Source: a virus (taxonomy: Duplodnaviria > Caudoviricetes). From it: a DNA stretch of 38,150 nt. The notes under the pieces are model-generated. The model was given only the letters and a program-made list of their open reading frames with translations, did not search any database and was not told the origin of the DNA. Position numbers and translations under genes: made by a program. Numbering within the stretch: position 1 is the stretch's first letter; every line of letters begins with the position of its first letter. Positions 1 to 9,773 of the stretch are shown piece after piece. The DNA lies in IMG/VR virus record IMGVR_UViG_3300032293_000894, positions 1 through 38,150 of that record; one strand, given 5' to 3'.

Positions 1-123
1 AATAAGCACCTAAGATTTGATTTGTTTTAGTGTTAATTGAGTGTCCTATTGTTTCATTTGCAACAGGAACTTGTGGAGTAATAACAGGAATAATTTTAGA
101 AGGGTAAGTAACATTCTTTAAAG
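1..123. repeat. Terminal direct repeat copy 1 (identical to 38028-38150); probable circular-assembly overlap
   Basis: Sequence aataagcacc...ttctttaaag occurs at both ends; an ORF continues in frame across the junction. Confidence 0.95.
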
Positions 124-211
124 CACCCCATCCTGAATCTGCTTCTGTTCCTTCTCCAACTATTCCGTAAATTTCTTGTGATTGTAATGTTTCAGGGTAA
201 TAGACTGCCAT
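1..211 (-). CDS. 5' part of junction-spanning tail protein (~369 aa in total; continues 38027->37129)
   Basis: ATG at 211-209 overlaps the upstream stop (TAATG); reads MAVYYPETLQSQEIYG... without a stop into the 37129..37785 ORF once circularised; not in the ORF track. Confidence 0.85.
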   Translation of the reverse strand, partial: MAVYYPETLQSQEIYGIVGEGTEADSGWGALKNVTYPSKIIPVITPQVPVANETIGHSINTKTNQILGAY

Positions 212-1653
212 TATTTGCTAAACATTATTTGAGCATTTAATACTTCAGGGGATGTGTTTCCTGTAGGTGTAAGTATTATTTTAATCTCAATAATCTTTCC
301 TTTATCTCCAATTAAAAAGACTGCTTCAGTTCCATTTGTAGTTGAGAAGTTAGTAGCACCACTTACTGTGTTGCATCTATACCAACCGTCAGCAGTAACT
401 CCTGTTCCTGCAGTTGCAGTTTCAACTTTATCAATTCTTCTCCATACTTCAATGTTTGTTCCTGCAGGGTGTGGCATTAGATTTAAAACAACTGTTTCAA
501 AATTAACAGGTGTTTGATAAGTAGCAGGTGCTTTTAGGTCTAAAGATTCATAAGTTCCAACTGCTTTGTTTGATAAATCTATTTTCTTAACTCCGTAGTT
601 GTTTCCATTTTTATATGAGAAAAGAATTGTATTTCCAATTTTTTTAACTGAATTGATTTCATCACAAGTAAATTGATGTTCGCAACTTAAAATAAAGTCG
701 GCATTTTTCCACTTTCTTCCGTATGTATAAAGTCCTGATTTAGTTCCATTTCCATATACTCCAAAATATGCAAGACCGTCTGAAACTTCTACTCCGTCAG
801 GGTCGCACTGACCACCACTTGGAAATCTTGTAACAGGTAACTTAGAAGCATCAGAATAAAAATATAACCCACCTTCAGTCCCAAACTGCATAATTCCAAT
901 TTCAGATTCAATCATGGCATTGATGCTTGAAAACGGTAATTGCATTTTATCGTTCCAATTTTGTGCAATACCATCCCATAAAAATATATTTGATGACATT
1001 GAAGCATCAGTTCTATTAGCACCAAGTCGCAAGTTTGTTCCTGATTCAACTAATGTTTTTCCAATATTAGAAGGGATTATAATTAGTTCGTCAGGAAGAT
1101 ATGCATCAGTATATTTAACAGTTGCAACCTTATCAGCATTTAAAATCATTAAAACCCCATTAACTTGTTTCATGGTGTGCCATGCTGTTGAAGTAAGATT
1201 TGTTTTAGGGTAAGTCTGTGAATTAACAGTAGCATCTAAATCACCCCAACCTGTATTGGTATAACCTGTTCCGATAATTCTTTTTCTGTGAAGTTTTGTA
1301 GCAGTGGTGTAATAAATAAATGTATCTCCTACATTATTAACCCACTCTGCAGCACCATTGATTCCTGCATCTGCATCAGTATGTTCTAAAGTATAAGTTC
1401 CACCTGATGTTCTTTTATATATTTTGTTGTTTGTAAAAAAGTAAGTGTTTCCATCTGACGCAGGAACTATAAACCTACATCTTGAATCAAATGTTCCTGA
1501 AGCAAGGTCATCTGCAAGTGTTTGAGTTGTAGTTAAAGAATCCCTTCTTTTTCTAACATCAAGATTCTGAGCATACTTGTAAGCACCTGTTATACCTCTA
1601 TCTTCGTAATCTGATATGCCCCCTGCAAATTTGTTAATGATAAATGAATCCAT
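211..1653 (-). CDS. Putative podovirus tail nozzle/stabilisation protein (P22 gp10 / T7 gp12-like, beta-rich)
   Basis: 480 aa, beta-propeller-like composition, N-terminal 'INKFAGGIS' pattern, position in tail module. Confidence 0.55.
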   Translation of the reverse strand: MDSFIINKFAGGISDYEDRGITGAYKYAQNLDVRKRRDSLTTTQTLADDLASGTFDSRCRFIVPASDGNTYFFTNNKIYKRTSGGTYTLEHTDADAGINGAAEWVNNVGDTFIYYTTATKLHRKRIIGTGYTNTGWGDLDATVNSQTYPKTNLTSTAWHTMKQVNGVLMILNADKVATVKYTDAYLPDELIIIPSNIGKTLVESGTNLRLGANRTDASMSSNIFLWDGIAQNWNDKMQLPFSSINAMIESEIGIMQFGTEGGLYFYSDASKLPVTRFPSGGQCDPDGVEVSDGLAYFGVYGNGTKSGLYTYGRKWKNADFILSCEHQFTCDEINSVKKIGNTILFSYKNGNNYGVKKIDLSNKAVGTYESLDLKAPATYQTPVNFETVVLNLMPHPAGTNIEVWRRIDKVETATAGTGVTADGWYRCNTVSGATNFSTTNGTEAVFLIGDKGKIIEIKIILTPTGNTSPEVLNAQIMFSK

Positions 1654-1689
1654 AGTTTTATTTTACTTGCTTTCTTTATAAATAATCAA
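1654..1689 (-). promoter_or_regulatory. Sigma70-like leaderless promoter TTGATT-N18-TAAAAT-N6-ATG
   Basis: -35 at 1689-1684, -10 at 1665-1660, ATG 6 nt downstream, no SD. Confidence 0.55.
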
Positions 1690-4474
1690 TATATGTTGTT
1701 CCTTGTTCTGAATATTTGTTACCTTCTATAGTTCCTTGTGGAGTGTATTTTGAAGTATAAGAAGTATTTCTGTCAGTATATTTAGTATTGTATGTGCTAC
1801 TTCTAACAGAATATTTAGAATTATAAACAGTGCCTGAATCAACATATTTAACAGTGTAAGAAGTTCCTGTATCAACATACTTAGTATTATAAACAGTTGT
1901 TTGGTCTATGTAGATGTTTGAGTAAGCAGTGCTTTGCCCTACATATTTGTTTCCATAAACTGAGTTTTGTTCAAGGTATTCAGTGGTGTAACCTGTTGAT
2001 TGCTCGGCATAGATGCTATTAAATATTGTTCCCTGATAAACATAAATGTAAGGACTGTAACTAACCTGACCTGTAATCTTGGCATTTCTTGAGTTTGTTT
2101 CAGTTACACTTCCTGATATTTTTGCTGACTTCTCGGAGTTTTCATAACCAAATCCTGAAATCTTTGCATTTCTTTCTCTATTGTCAGTGATGCTTCCCTT
2201 AATCTTGGCATTTCTTTCATTATTAGCAGTAGCAAATCCTGTTACTTTTGCATTCTTTTCAGAAGAATCAAAAACCCCTGTAAATTCAATTAAATAAACA
2301 TTTACATATTCAGGAATGTTATTTGCAGAATTTGCAGATGTGTTTGATGCAGATAAGTTTGTAGATGTGCTACTTGATGTAGTTGAAGCATGGACTGTGG
2401 ATGTGTTTGCCATGTTGAAACTACCTGAAGAATCTCTTGTATCACCTGTATGCCCAACTTGTGGTGTGGTGTGAGTGTGAGAAGGAACTGAGTGATAGTG
2501 AGACTGACTTCCGTGAGTGTGTGTTTCAGAACCACCTGTAGAACCTGTGGCATTAGAACCCCTAATAAATCTTCCAAGTTTGCTGTAAATAGTCCAACCA
2601 ATAGGAAGGTTGTTTTCACTTCCTAAGTAGTAACCAAGAACACCTGATTGAGTTAGTTTGTTTCCTGTTTTGTTTTGTCCAACTATTACATCAAGGTATG
2701 GTGGAAGAACTGTTTCTGATTGTGCAGGTATTTGAACTGCTATTCCATCTGATGTAACTGAAGTGCTGTTTAACGGCACTGTGTGGGTGTGGGTGAGTCT
2801 TGTTAGGTCTCCCCCTGTATTGTTGTCCCTTCTTAGGTTTCCACCTGCAGTAGTTGCTGCAATGTGTGAGTGAGAAGTTGAGTGGGTGTGAGCATCAAGT
2901 GTGTGAGCATTGGTTGATGAACCACCTGTAGTTCCTGCATCTGCTCCTGTTGCAGCACCTTTTAAGAATCTATTTTGTAGATTTGGTGTTGAGTTGTTAC
3001 CGTCAGCAAGTGTTAATGAACCTAATGATGTCTTAGCAAATGCAACTGCACCGTTTGGAACACTTGTAACAATCTCATCTTCTTTAGTTATAAAGATAAC
3101 TTCATAGAACGGTGGGTTGTTTGAGTAAGCAGAATAATTTGGAGAAGCAGTTCCAATAGAAACATTCTCAGGGTTTCCTGATGTTGTTGTTCCGTGAGTG
3201 TGAGTTAATTCATTACCTTGTTGGTTTGTAGTTCCACCTGCTTGAGTTGAACCACCTGAACCTGCAGGAAGTGTGAATGTGTGGGTGTGGTTATCTAATC
3301 CGTGAGTGTGAGAGTTTGATGTGTGAGTGTGGGTCGCATTACCACCTGTTGCTCCAACTGTTTCACCTGTAGCAAGAACTCTTGGAAATTTACCGTCAAG
3401 TTCAGTTACTCTTGTCCAACCTGTAGGAATTGTAGAAGCAGTTCCTGTCCAAATAAATATTGGGTTGTCTATTCTTCCTGTAACTTTTGCAGACCTTTGA
3501 TTTGCATCTGTAGCAACTCCTGAAATCTTTGCAGACTTTTCTGAAATTCCTATTCCAACTCCAAAAATCTTTGCATTTCGTTCTGCTTGTGAGAAATCTT
3601 GTCCTGTAACCTTAGCATTTCTTTCATTATTATCGGTTGAAAAACCTGTAATTTTAGCACTCCTGAAGTTGTCTGCTAATGCTTGACCTGTAATTTTGCT
3701 TGATTTAACGGCATTTGCAAAATCTTGACCTGTAATTTTCGTGTTTTTTTCGGAATTTTCAAGTGCCTGACCTATAATCTTTGCAAGTTTCTCATCTTGA
3801 GAAGTTGCTTGACCTATAACTTTAGAATTTCTTTGGTCGTTCGCAAATGCCTGACCTACAACTTTAGAATTTCTCTCGTTGTTTGCAAAATCCTGACCTG
3901 TAACTTTGGCATTTCTTGTATCAAATGCAGAATCTTGTCCTGTAATCTTGGCATTTCTAAAGTCATTAGCGAAGTCTTGTCCTGTAATCTTGGCATCTCG
4001 TTCGTTATTTGCTGAGTCCTGACCTGTAACTTTTGCAAGTCTTTCATCATTAGCAAATGCTTGTCCTGTAATCTTAGATAGTCTGCTGTCATTAGCAAAA
4101 TCCTGACCTGTAACCTTAGATGATTTATCTGAATCGGCAAATGCCTGACCTGTAGTCTTTGCAAACCTGCTGTCATTAGCAAAATCTTGTCCTGTTACTT
4201 TTGAATTTCTTTCGTCAAAAGCAAATGCTTGTCCTGTAACTTTGGCATTACGGTTGTCGTTTGCAAATGCTTGTCCTGTAATTTTTGCTGATTTTTGGTC
4301 GTTAGCAAAATCTTGTCCTGTTACTTTTGCTGACCGTTCGTTGTTTGCAGATGCTTGACCTGTTATCTTTCCTGCTCGTTCAGAACCTACATAGTTTTCA
4401 AGTTGGAGTTTGTCTCCCCCTTGTTGTAGTAGAAAATCTCCTGATTCTAAAAGTAAGCAGAAAATAATTTCCAC
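1676..4474 (-). CDS. Repetitive fibre-like virion protein: 14-aa repeats, His-x-His collar/needle cassette, 11-aa Tyr repeats
   Basis: 932 aa; LLLESGDFLLQ N-terminal motif; ~27 xxRNAK(I/V)TGQxxAN repeats; three P-x-G-W/G...F-x-(R/K)...TGG...HTH modules. Confidence 0.75.
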   Translation of the reverse strand: MEIIFCLLLESGDFLLQQGGDKLQLENYVGSERAGKITGQASANNERSAKVTGQDFANDQKSAKITGQAFANDNRNAKVTGQAFAFDERNSKVTGQDFANDSRFAKTTGQAFADSDKSSKVTGQDFANDSRLSKITGQAFANDERLAKVTGQDSANNERDAKITGQDFANDFRNAKITGQDSAFDTRNAKVTGQDFANNERNSKVVGQAFANDQRNSKVIGQATSQDEKLAKIIGQALENSEKNTKITGQDFANAVKSSKITGQALADNFRSAKITGFSTDNNERNAKVTGQDFSQAERNAKIFGVGIGISEKSAKISGVATDANQRSAKVTGRIDNPIFIWTGTASTIPTGWTRVTELDGKFPRVLATGETVGATGGNATHTHTSNSHTHGLDNHTHTFTLPAGSGGSTQAGGTTNQQGNELTHTHGTTTSGNPENVSIGTASPNYSAYSNNPPFYEVIFITKEDEIVTSVPNGAVAFAKTSLGSLTLADGNNSTPNLQNRFLKGAATGADAGTTGGSSTNAHTLDAHTHSTSHSHIAATTAGGNLRRDNNTGGDLTRLTHTHTVPLNSTSVTSDGIAVQIPAQSETVLPPYLDVIVGQNKTGNKLTQSGVLGYYLGSENNLPIGWTIYSKLGRFIRGSNATGSTGGSETHTHGSQSHYHSVPSHTHTTPQVGHTGDTRDSSGSFNMANTSTVHASTTSSSTSTNLSASNTSANSANNIPEYVNVYLIEFTGVFDSSEKNAKVTGFATANNERNAKIKGSITDNRERNAKISGFGYENSEKSAKISGSVTETNSRNAKITGQVSYSPYIYVYQGTIFNSIYAEQSTGYTTEYLEQNSVYGNKYVGQSTAYSNIYIDQTTVYNTKYVDTGTSYTVKYVDSGTVYNSKYSVRSSTYNTKYTDRNTSYTSKYTPQGTIEGNKYSEQGTTYIDYL
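1679..2050 (-). repeat. ~10 tandem 33-bp (11-aa) Tyr-rich repeats YxxKYxxxxTx
   Basis: YNTKYVDTGTS YTVKYVDSGTV YNSKYSVRSST YNTKYTDRNTS... Confidence 0.85.
2054..2263 (-). repeat. Five further 42-bp (14-aa) repeats after the His-rich cassette
   Basis: SEKNAKVTGFATAN NERNAKIKGSITDN RERNAKISGFGYEN SEKSAKISGSVTET NSRNAKITGQVSYS. Confidence 0.85.
3458..4381 (-). repeat. 22 tandem 42-bp (14-aa) coding repeats
   Basis: SERAGKITGQASAN, NERSAKVTGQDFAN, DQKSAKITGQAFAN...; recurring cctgtaa(c/t) every 42 bp. Confidence 0.9.
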
Positions 4475-4475
4475 T

Positions 4476-4691
4476 TTAACCCCCTATTAAAGGATTGTCA
4501 GGAAAAATGACATCATCAGGGTTTTCGTAATCTTTAGTTAAATCTCTGAGTTTTTGTCTGTAAATTTTCATTTCCTGAACTAATTCAGGAGACAGTTGAA
4601 CATCAGGTAGTTGTGTCCAATCAGTTTGAGCAAGTAGTGCATTTCTGTTGCTTCTAATATTATTCCATTTTCTAATTGTTTCTTTATCCAT
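4476..4691 (-). CDS. Tail fibre assembly chaperone (Phage_tail_APC-like)
   Basis: IRSNRNALLAQTDWTQLPD...YRQKLRDL...FP signature; directly follows a fibre gene. Confidence 0.85.
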   Translation of the reverse strand: MDKETIRKWNNIRSNRNALLAQTDWTQLPDVQLSPELVQEMKIYRQKLRDLTKDYENPDDVIFPDNPLIGG

Positions 4692-7464
4692 AAATTCTAA
4701 CTACCTTTCCGTTCCAACCATTACTTCCATTAGCACCATTTACTGATTTAGCGATTTCCATAGAAATACCTGCTATAGCACCATTTGTAGTTGTATGAGT
4801 TTGTGTATTAGTTTGGGTTGCTGAATTTACCTGACTCGCTAAAATAGGTGCTGTAGTTTGTGAATTTACTAAAGTAGCACCTCCTGCAGCAGCAAGACCT
4901 GTAGCAACTGTTCTTGCAAATACTGAATAAACAAGGTTTCCTGTTGTAGGAGCAACAGGCAGTGTAACTGTAAGTGAGAGTGCAGAATCCACTTGGTTTA
5001 TAGCATTGTTACCAACTATTGGGTTTGTTGTAAAACTTGCATCTGTGTTTTGAATTTCATCAATGATTACTCTTGCTGTTGTGTTCAAGTCAGATAGTTC
5101 AACTGTGATTGTTTCATCATCTACAATATCAGGTTCAACTCCTTTATAGTAACCATACCAAATTTCTATAACCCTGTTAGGAGAAGCAATAGAGTTAAAT
5201 GTATTTCTTAAGTTTGCATTAGTCCATTGAATACCAAATCCTGACATTGAGTTAATACCTGAACCACCAATTCCACCTGTTTTTTGTAGGTGAAATGTAA
5301 CCATATATAGGTTGCCTTTAGTTAAAGGAACTGTTGGTGTTAAAGTCATTGTTTGGGTTGCAGTAGTTACTGTTCCTTGTGCTGTAGCAACAGGGTAAGT
5401 TCCTGTAACTGTGTCAATAACAGTTGTTCCACCTTCTCCACCATCTGCAGTTGGAGTTATTGTAGAAGTTTTTGCAATCATACACATAATTCCACCACCT
5501 CCACCTCCACCACCACCGAAGTTTCCATTTGCTCCTGTAGCATTACCACCTGCCCCACCGTCTGCTGAAATAGTTCCTGAACCTGAAATAACAGGAGCAG
5601 CAACAAAACAAATTCCACCACCCCCACCACCTGCTCCTGATGTTCCTGCAGGTGTTGAACCTGTTGCTGATTTAGCACCTGAACCCCCACCTATAGATGG
5701 AGTCATTTGCCAATTTGTTGCACCAACAACATATCTTGTTAGGTAATTTACAAAATTTGAAGGGACTTTATTTCCACCGTCTGCATCTGCAGGGACTGTT
5801 ACATTGGCAGAAGTAATCATTCCACCTGTAAATGTAGTGTTAGATGCCCTTCCCATTGCACCTTTACCACCAAGACCACCAACCCAAGTGTTTGTTGTAG
5901 GTGATGGTGGCACTGCTCCTACAGCACCTGCTGAACCTGTTCCTAACCCTGCAGCACCTGCATTACCTGCTTTGAAGAATCCACCTAACCCACCTGCACC
6001 TGCTGTAGTTCCTGAACCTGCAGAACCGTCATTGTGTAATTCCCCATTAACTGTAAGTGATGAGTTAGCAAACACTCTGTAACCTGCTGTAATAACAATA
6101 ATTGAAGAATTAACAGTTATTGTTGTAGCAAATATATCTCTTGTTAAGGTGTAAGTAGAACCATTTAATGTAGCAAAAGTGTGAGTTGTAGAACCATCAA
6201 AAGTAATTGCACCATCAGAACCATCACCATAAACAGGTAATACTTGGTCGCCTGTGTTTGTTCCTGTCAGGTTAGAACCTGTAACAGTTCCAACTGCTGA
6301 TACATTATCAGTTGTATAAATTTCTCCTGTTGTAAATATTCCACCTACAACATGGAGTGGGTAGGTTGGGTTATCAGTTCCAATGCCGACCTTACCTGAA
6401 CCTTTAATAACCATCTTTTCAGTTGGATTTCTGTCTGTTGTTCCTGAAGAACCTGCTGTTGCTGTAAAGAATTTAATATCTGATGTGCTGTTTCCTGTAG
6501 CAATTCCTGATGAGAGTATTAAATTTCCACCTGCAATGTTTGTTCCACCTGAAACTGCTCCACCTGATTGAACTGTTAATGCCCTTCCTGCTGTTGATGC
6601 AGTAGTTGTTCTATCAACATTAACTGCTTTTGCTGCAGTTCCGTTAAAATTTAAAGTATTTCCTGTAAGTGGAGTGTTTGTTAAATCTAATCTTAAATAA
6701 TCTACATTAACAGTTGATGGAGAAACATTCTTCCATAAACTTGTTGCAGAATCATATTGCAGTAAGTTCTTATCTGCAACTGATGTTATAGAAACATCAT
6801 GAAGTTCGTCAAGTTCAAAACCGTTCATTACTTCAACATAAATAATTCCTGATGTTGAGTTTTGTGCAATTACCTTTGCAACATAAACCATGTGATTTGG
6901 GGCAACAGGTTTTGTTGAAGTCATATCTCCATCATCTGCGAGATAAAGTTGAGTCCCTGCTGTGTATGAATTGGTATTTAGACCTGTTACAAGACCTTTA
7001 GTAACAACATAACCACTGTTATTGTTGTTTATATTTTCTGCAACTACACCAAATGTTCTTGCAGATGTTGCATCACTTGAATAGTCAGCAAGGGTAATTG
7101 TTGGTCTATTTCCTTGACCACCATTGATATAAACTACCTTTCCTTTTGCAATGGTAGTTCCTGTTTTATTTACACACAGTTCAATCATCTGCAAACCTAC
7201 TTCTAAAGCGAAACCCCCTTTAAGACCTATTTCTAAAGTCTTAGCATCATCATTCCATATTGCTTGACCTTCAACAGGTGCTGTAGTTTGTGTAATATCA
7301 AATTGAATTGATGTAACTTCAACATCAGTAAAAGATTCTTGCAGGTCATCAAATGTAATTCTTTTGGAAACAGGAGTTGTTCCTGTATCAGTAACCAAAT
7401 ATAGTTCGTCATTTGGGACTGCCCCTGTTGCTTGTGGTAATTGTGTTAGTTTTTGGTCTGCCAT
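4684..7464 (-). CDS. Tail fibre / receptor-binding protein with glycine-rich domain
   Basis: 926 aa; MADQKLTQLP N-terminus, GKVGIGTDNP motif, YGDGSDG followed by GGGGGGG polyglycine segments. Confidence 0.8.
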   Translation of the reverse strand: MADQKLTQLPQATGAVPNDELYLVTDTGTTPVSKRITFDDLQESFTDVEVTSIQFDITQTTAPVEGQAIWNDDAKTLEIGLKGGFALEVGLQMIELCVNKTGTTIAKGKVVYINGGQGNRPTITLADYSSDATSARTFGVVAENINNNNSGYVVTKGLVTGLNTNSYTAGTQLYLADDGDMTSTKPVAPNHMVYVAKVIAQNSTSGIIYVEVMNGFELDELHDVSITSVADKNLLQYDSATSLWKNVSPSTVNVDYLRLDLTNTPLTGNTLNFNGTAAKAVNVDRTTTASTAGRALTVQSGGAVSGGTNIAGGNLILSSGIATGNSTSDIKFFTATAGSSGTTDRNPTEKMVIKGSGKVGIGTDNPTYPLHVVGGIFTTGEIYTTDNVSAVGTVTGSNLTGTNTGDQVLPVYGDGSDGAITFDGSTTHTFATLNGSTYTLTRDIFATTITVNSSIIVITAGYRVFANSSLTVNGELHNDGSAGSGTTAGAGGLGGFFKAGNAGAAGLGTGSAGAVGAVPPSPTTNTWVGGLGGKGAMGRASNTTFTGGMITSANVTVPADADGGNKVPSNFVNYLTRYVVGATNWQMTPSIGGGSGAKSATGSTPAGTSGAGGGGGGICFVAAPVISGSGTISADGGAGGNATGANGNFGGGGGGGGGIMCMIAKTSTITPTADGGEGGTTVIDTVTGTYPVATAQGTVTTATQTMTLTPTVPLTKGNLYMVTFHLQKTGGIGGSGINSMSGFGIQWTNANLRNTFNSIASPNRVIEIWYGYYKGVEPDIVDDETITVELSDLNTTARVIIDEIQNTDASFTTNPIVGNNAINQVDSALSLTVTLPVAPTTGNLVYSVFARTVATGLAAAGGATLVNSQTTAPILASQVNSATQTNTQTHTTTNGAIAGISMEIAKSVNGANGSNGWNGKVVRIYG

Positions 7465-7886
7465 TACATTTTATTTACAACTGACCATGTGTTGTTTGGA
7501 TTTCTGTCATCAACCCAAATGGTAAATTTATAAATACTCCCTTCAATATCAAACCAAGAATTTATAGTTGTGTAAATATCTGAATTTTCTTTATCATCCC
7601 AATCAAGACCTACTTTTCTTTCCATTGTGTATTTAAATGGTTTTTCTGCCATATCAAATGCCCTAAACTTAGGGTTCTTTCCTGCAGATGGTAAATTCCA
7701 TCTTCTTCCATCTTCAGTATATAAAGCAAGTGAAGTAATAGTTAGATTGTTTTCAGTTAGATAGTTTTGTAATTTGTTCCATGCAGATAACTCACCCGCA
7801 ACTTCAAGGAATAATCCTTTGCCTTCGTAATGGGTTTCCCCATTATTTAATGAAACTGTCCATTTTACTTTGTAATCCATAGTCAT
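7464..7886 (-). CDS. Hypothetical protein (structural module)
   Basis: 140-aa ORF coupled to the fibre gene via TAATG. Confidence 0.7.
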   Translation of the reverse strand: MTMDYKVKWTVSLNNGETHYEGKGLFLEVAGELSAWNKLQNYLTENNLTITSLALYTEDGRRWNLPSAGKNPKFRAFDMAEKPFKYTMERKVGLDWDDKENSDIYTTINSWFDIEGSIYKFTIWVDDRNPNNTWSVVNKM

Positions 7887-7922
7887 TCGCCTATTTAAAA
7901 ATGTAGTAGTCGCTGTCGCCTA

Positions 7923-8474
7923 CTATGAGTATGTTAGTTCAATTCTTACTTTAAATGCAGTTTTCTCACCAACTGAGTCAGGAGAAGAACTTACAAGTAG
8001 GTAAAAATCGTGTGAAGTTGCAGGAGTTGAGTTGTTTGCTAAAGCAACTGCACTTGCACTTCCACCTGCAGTAGTCCAAGTTGAATTTCCTTGTTCTGCT
8101 GCTTTAAAAGTTACATCAGTTGGAGCAACTGTAGTAGTTGTTCCGTTGTATGCATAAAAAACTGCATCATAAGTGATAACTGAAACACCGTGTGAAAAGT
8201 TAATCTTTAACGGAGAGTTTGCAGTAGTTACACCACTTAATGATTCTGAAGCACCACCGTTAATTGAAACAGTAGTTGATGTTAAGAATTTAGAATTTTT
8301 AGGAGAATTTCCTGAAGATAAATTAGTCCCTGTTGATGACTCTACATGAGTTGAATCGTTATATTCAGTTATAGTAACAGGTGAATCAAAAGTTGCTTTA
8401 GCAAACTGTAAGATGTCTGTTGCACCAATAGTTGTTGGTGTTGTTCCTTGTAAATACCATGTAAAACTTGCCAT
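7923..8474 (-). CDS. Putative minor virion/decoration protein
   Basis: 183 aa, Ser/Thr-rich, beta-type; follows capsid gene; SD AAAGGA. Confidence 0.6.
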   Translation of the reverse strand: MASFTWYLQGTTPTTIGATDILQFAKATFDSPVTITEYNDSTHVESSTGTNLSSGNSPKNSKFLTSTTVSINGGASESLSGVTTANSPLKINFSHGVSVITYDAVFYAYNGTTTTVAPTDVTFKAAEQGNSTWTTAGGSASAVALANNSTPATSHDFYLLVSSSPDSVGEKTAFKVRIELTYS

Positions 8475-8506
8475 CTATTTCCTTTATAAATTCTTAAATA
8501 CTTGGT

Positions 8507-8547
8507 GCTACCCACCACTCCATACAGTATAGGAGTAGTAGGTTAGC
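8507..8547 (-). other. Long G-U-containing hairpin right after the capsid stop (stabiliser/attenuator; no U-tract)
   Basis: GCTAACCTACTACTCC...GGAGTGGTGGGTAGC on the minus strand. Confidence 0.55.
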
Positions 8548-8553
8548 GAGAAG

Positions 8554-9651
8554 TTATGCTTTGATAAATAATTCTACCAATGCTTTTCTTCTTTCATCAG
8601 CAACTTTTGCTCCATAAACATACAATGATTTGTATGCTTTACCGAAGTTACCAATGATGTCTTGCTCAACTTGATTTCTAACAAGTCCCATAGCAAAACA
8701 GATTGCGACTTTATGACCACCTAAACAGTGGAATCCGTCTGTTGAATTTCCTGAGATTCTATCGTCAGAAACTTCATAGACATTGAATCCTGCAAATTGA
8801 CCACTTAACATACCGTTTAATACAGCAGTTCTACCTGATTCAGTTCCTTGTGAAATGAATTGAGGTGCTTGTCTGATTAAAGAAGCAATGTCAGCAGGAA
8901 CAACCATAAATCTGTTATCGTAAGGGATTTCAGAATTTGTAAGGATTGCTGCTGCTTGTGTCATGTATTGGAAAATTGTGTCCTTAGTAACTGTTAAAGC
9001 AGTGTTTGCTTGAACAGTGTAAGAAGCACCTGCTGAGATTGCTCCACCTGAGTAAGCAGATGTTTCATCATCAGAATCATTTTCAATAGTGATTGATGTT
9101 GCAGAAGTATAAGTTTTTACTCTATACCATACTGAGTGTCCTGTTGCTTTGAATCCTTTTCCTTCCATTGCAGCAGTAAATGTAGTTCCTGTTCCTGTAA
9201 CAACTCCTGTTGTAGCAGCAATAGCAACTGTTCCTGTTGTGTAGTCAGTTCCGATTCTTTGTCCTGCAGCGACATCAGTCCAAAATCCAAGAACAAATGT
9301 ATCAACGACTTTTTTAATTTCGTTTCCTACTTGTTCAACGATTGTGTTTTCAGGGTTTTTGATATAAGACCTAAATGTGTCCCAATCTTTAACCTTGAAA
9401 TAGAAATACTTTTTTTGGTCTGTGATTAACTGTGCATTAGATTCTGTTAAATCTTGAGCAGTCATGTCAGCACCTGTGTAGTTTTGAGCAGATAGTTTTC
9501 CGAATGTTAAAACATTAAGGATTGAAGAAGTGTCTTTAATTTGACCTTCGTAATCGCTGTTTGTAATAGCATCTGAAACAGATTTCATATAGAAAACTTT
9601 TAATGCTTGTGAAGCAAATGCTTCTATAAGTTTGTTTGGATATGTTGCCAT
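8554..9651 (-). CDS. Major capsid protein (P22 coat-like HK97 fold) with an ~80-aa inserted beta domain
   Basis: Start MATYPNKL after SD GAAAGGT; N-x-D-Y-E-G, LITDQKKYF, RFMVVP, GQFAGFNVY and YVYGAKV motifs; follows scaffold. Confidence 0.85.
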   Translation of the reverse strand: MATYPNKLIEAFASQALKVFYMKSVSDAITNSDYEGQIKDTSSILNVLTFGKLSAQNYTGADMTAQDLTESNAQLITDQKKYFYFKVKDWDTFRSYIKNPENTIVEQVGNEIKKVVDTFVLGFWTDVAAGQRIGTDYTTGTVAIAATTGVVTGTGTTFTAAMEGKGFKATGHSVWYRVKTYTSATSITIENDSDDETSAYSGGAISAGASYTVQANTALTVTKDTIFQYMTQAAAILTNSEIPYDNRFMVVPADIASLIRQAPQFISQGTESGRTAVLNGMLSGQFAGFNVYEVSDDRISGNSTDGFHCLGGHKVAICFAMGLVRNQVEQDIIGNFGKAYKSLYVYGAKVADERRKALVELFIKA

Positions 9652-9738
9652 AACAATACCTTTCAATTAAATTTATACTTATTTCTAAATTCAATTAAAC
9701 TGTCTTGTTTAGCAAGGTTAGTTTGAATTACTAATTCA

Positions 9739-9768
9739 ATGATAATGGAATAAGTTATTTAATGTCAA
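9739..9768 (-). promoter_or_regulatory. Capsid promoter TTGACA-N18-TATCAT
   Basis: Consensus -35 at 9768-9763, -10 at 9744-9739. Confidence 0.7.
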
Positions 9769-9773
9769 GCAAT

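Noticed and set aside
1-123. Biological terminal repeat of the virion DNA
   Set aside because: It falls in the middle of a gene and looks like an assembler overlap; the true termini cannot be inferred
3458-4381. 42-bp periodic repeats as a CRISPR array or DGR template
   Set aside because: Degenerate in-frame coding repeats without unique spacers; no cas or reverse transcriptase gene
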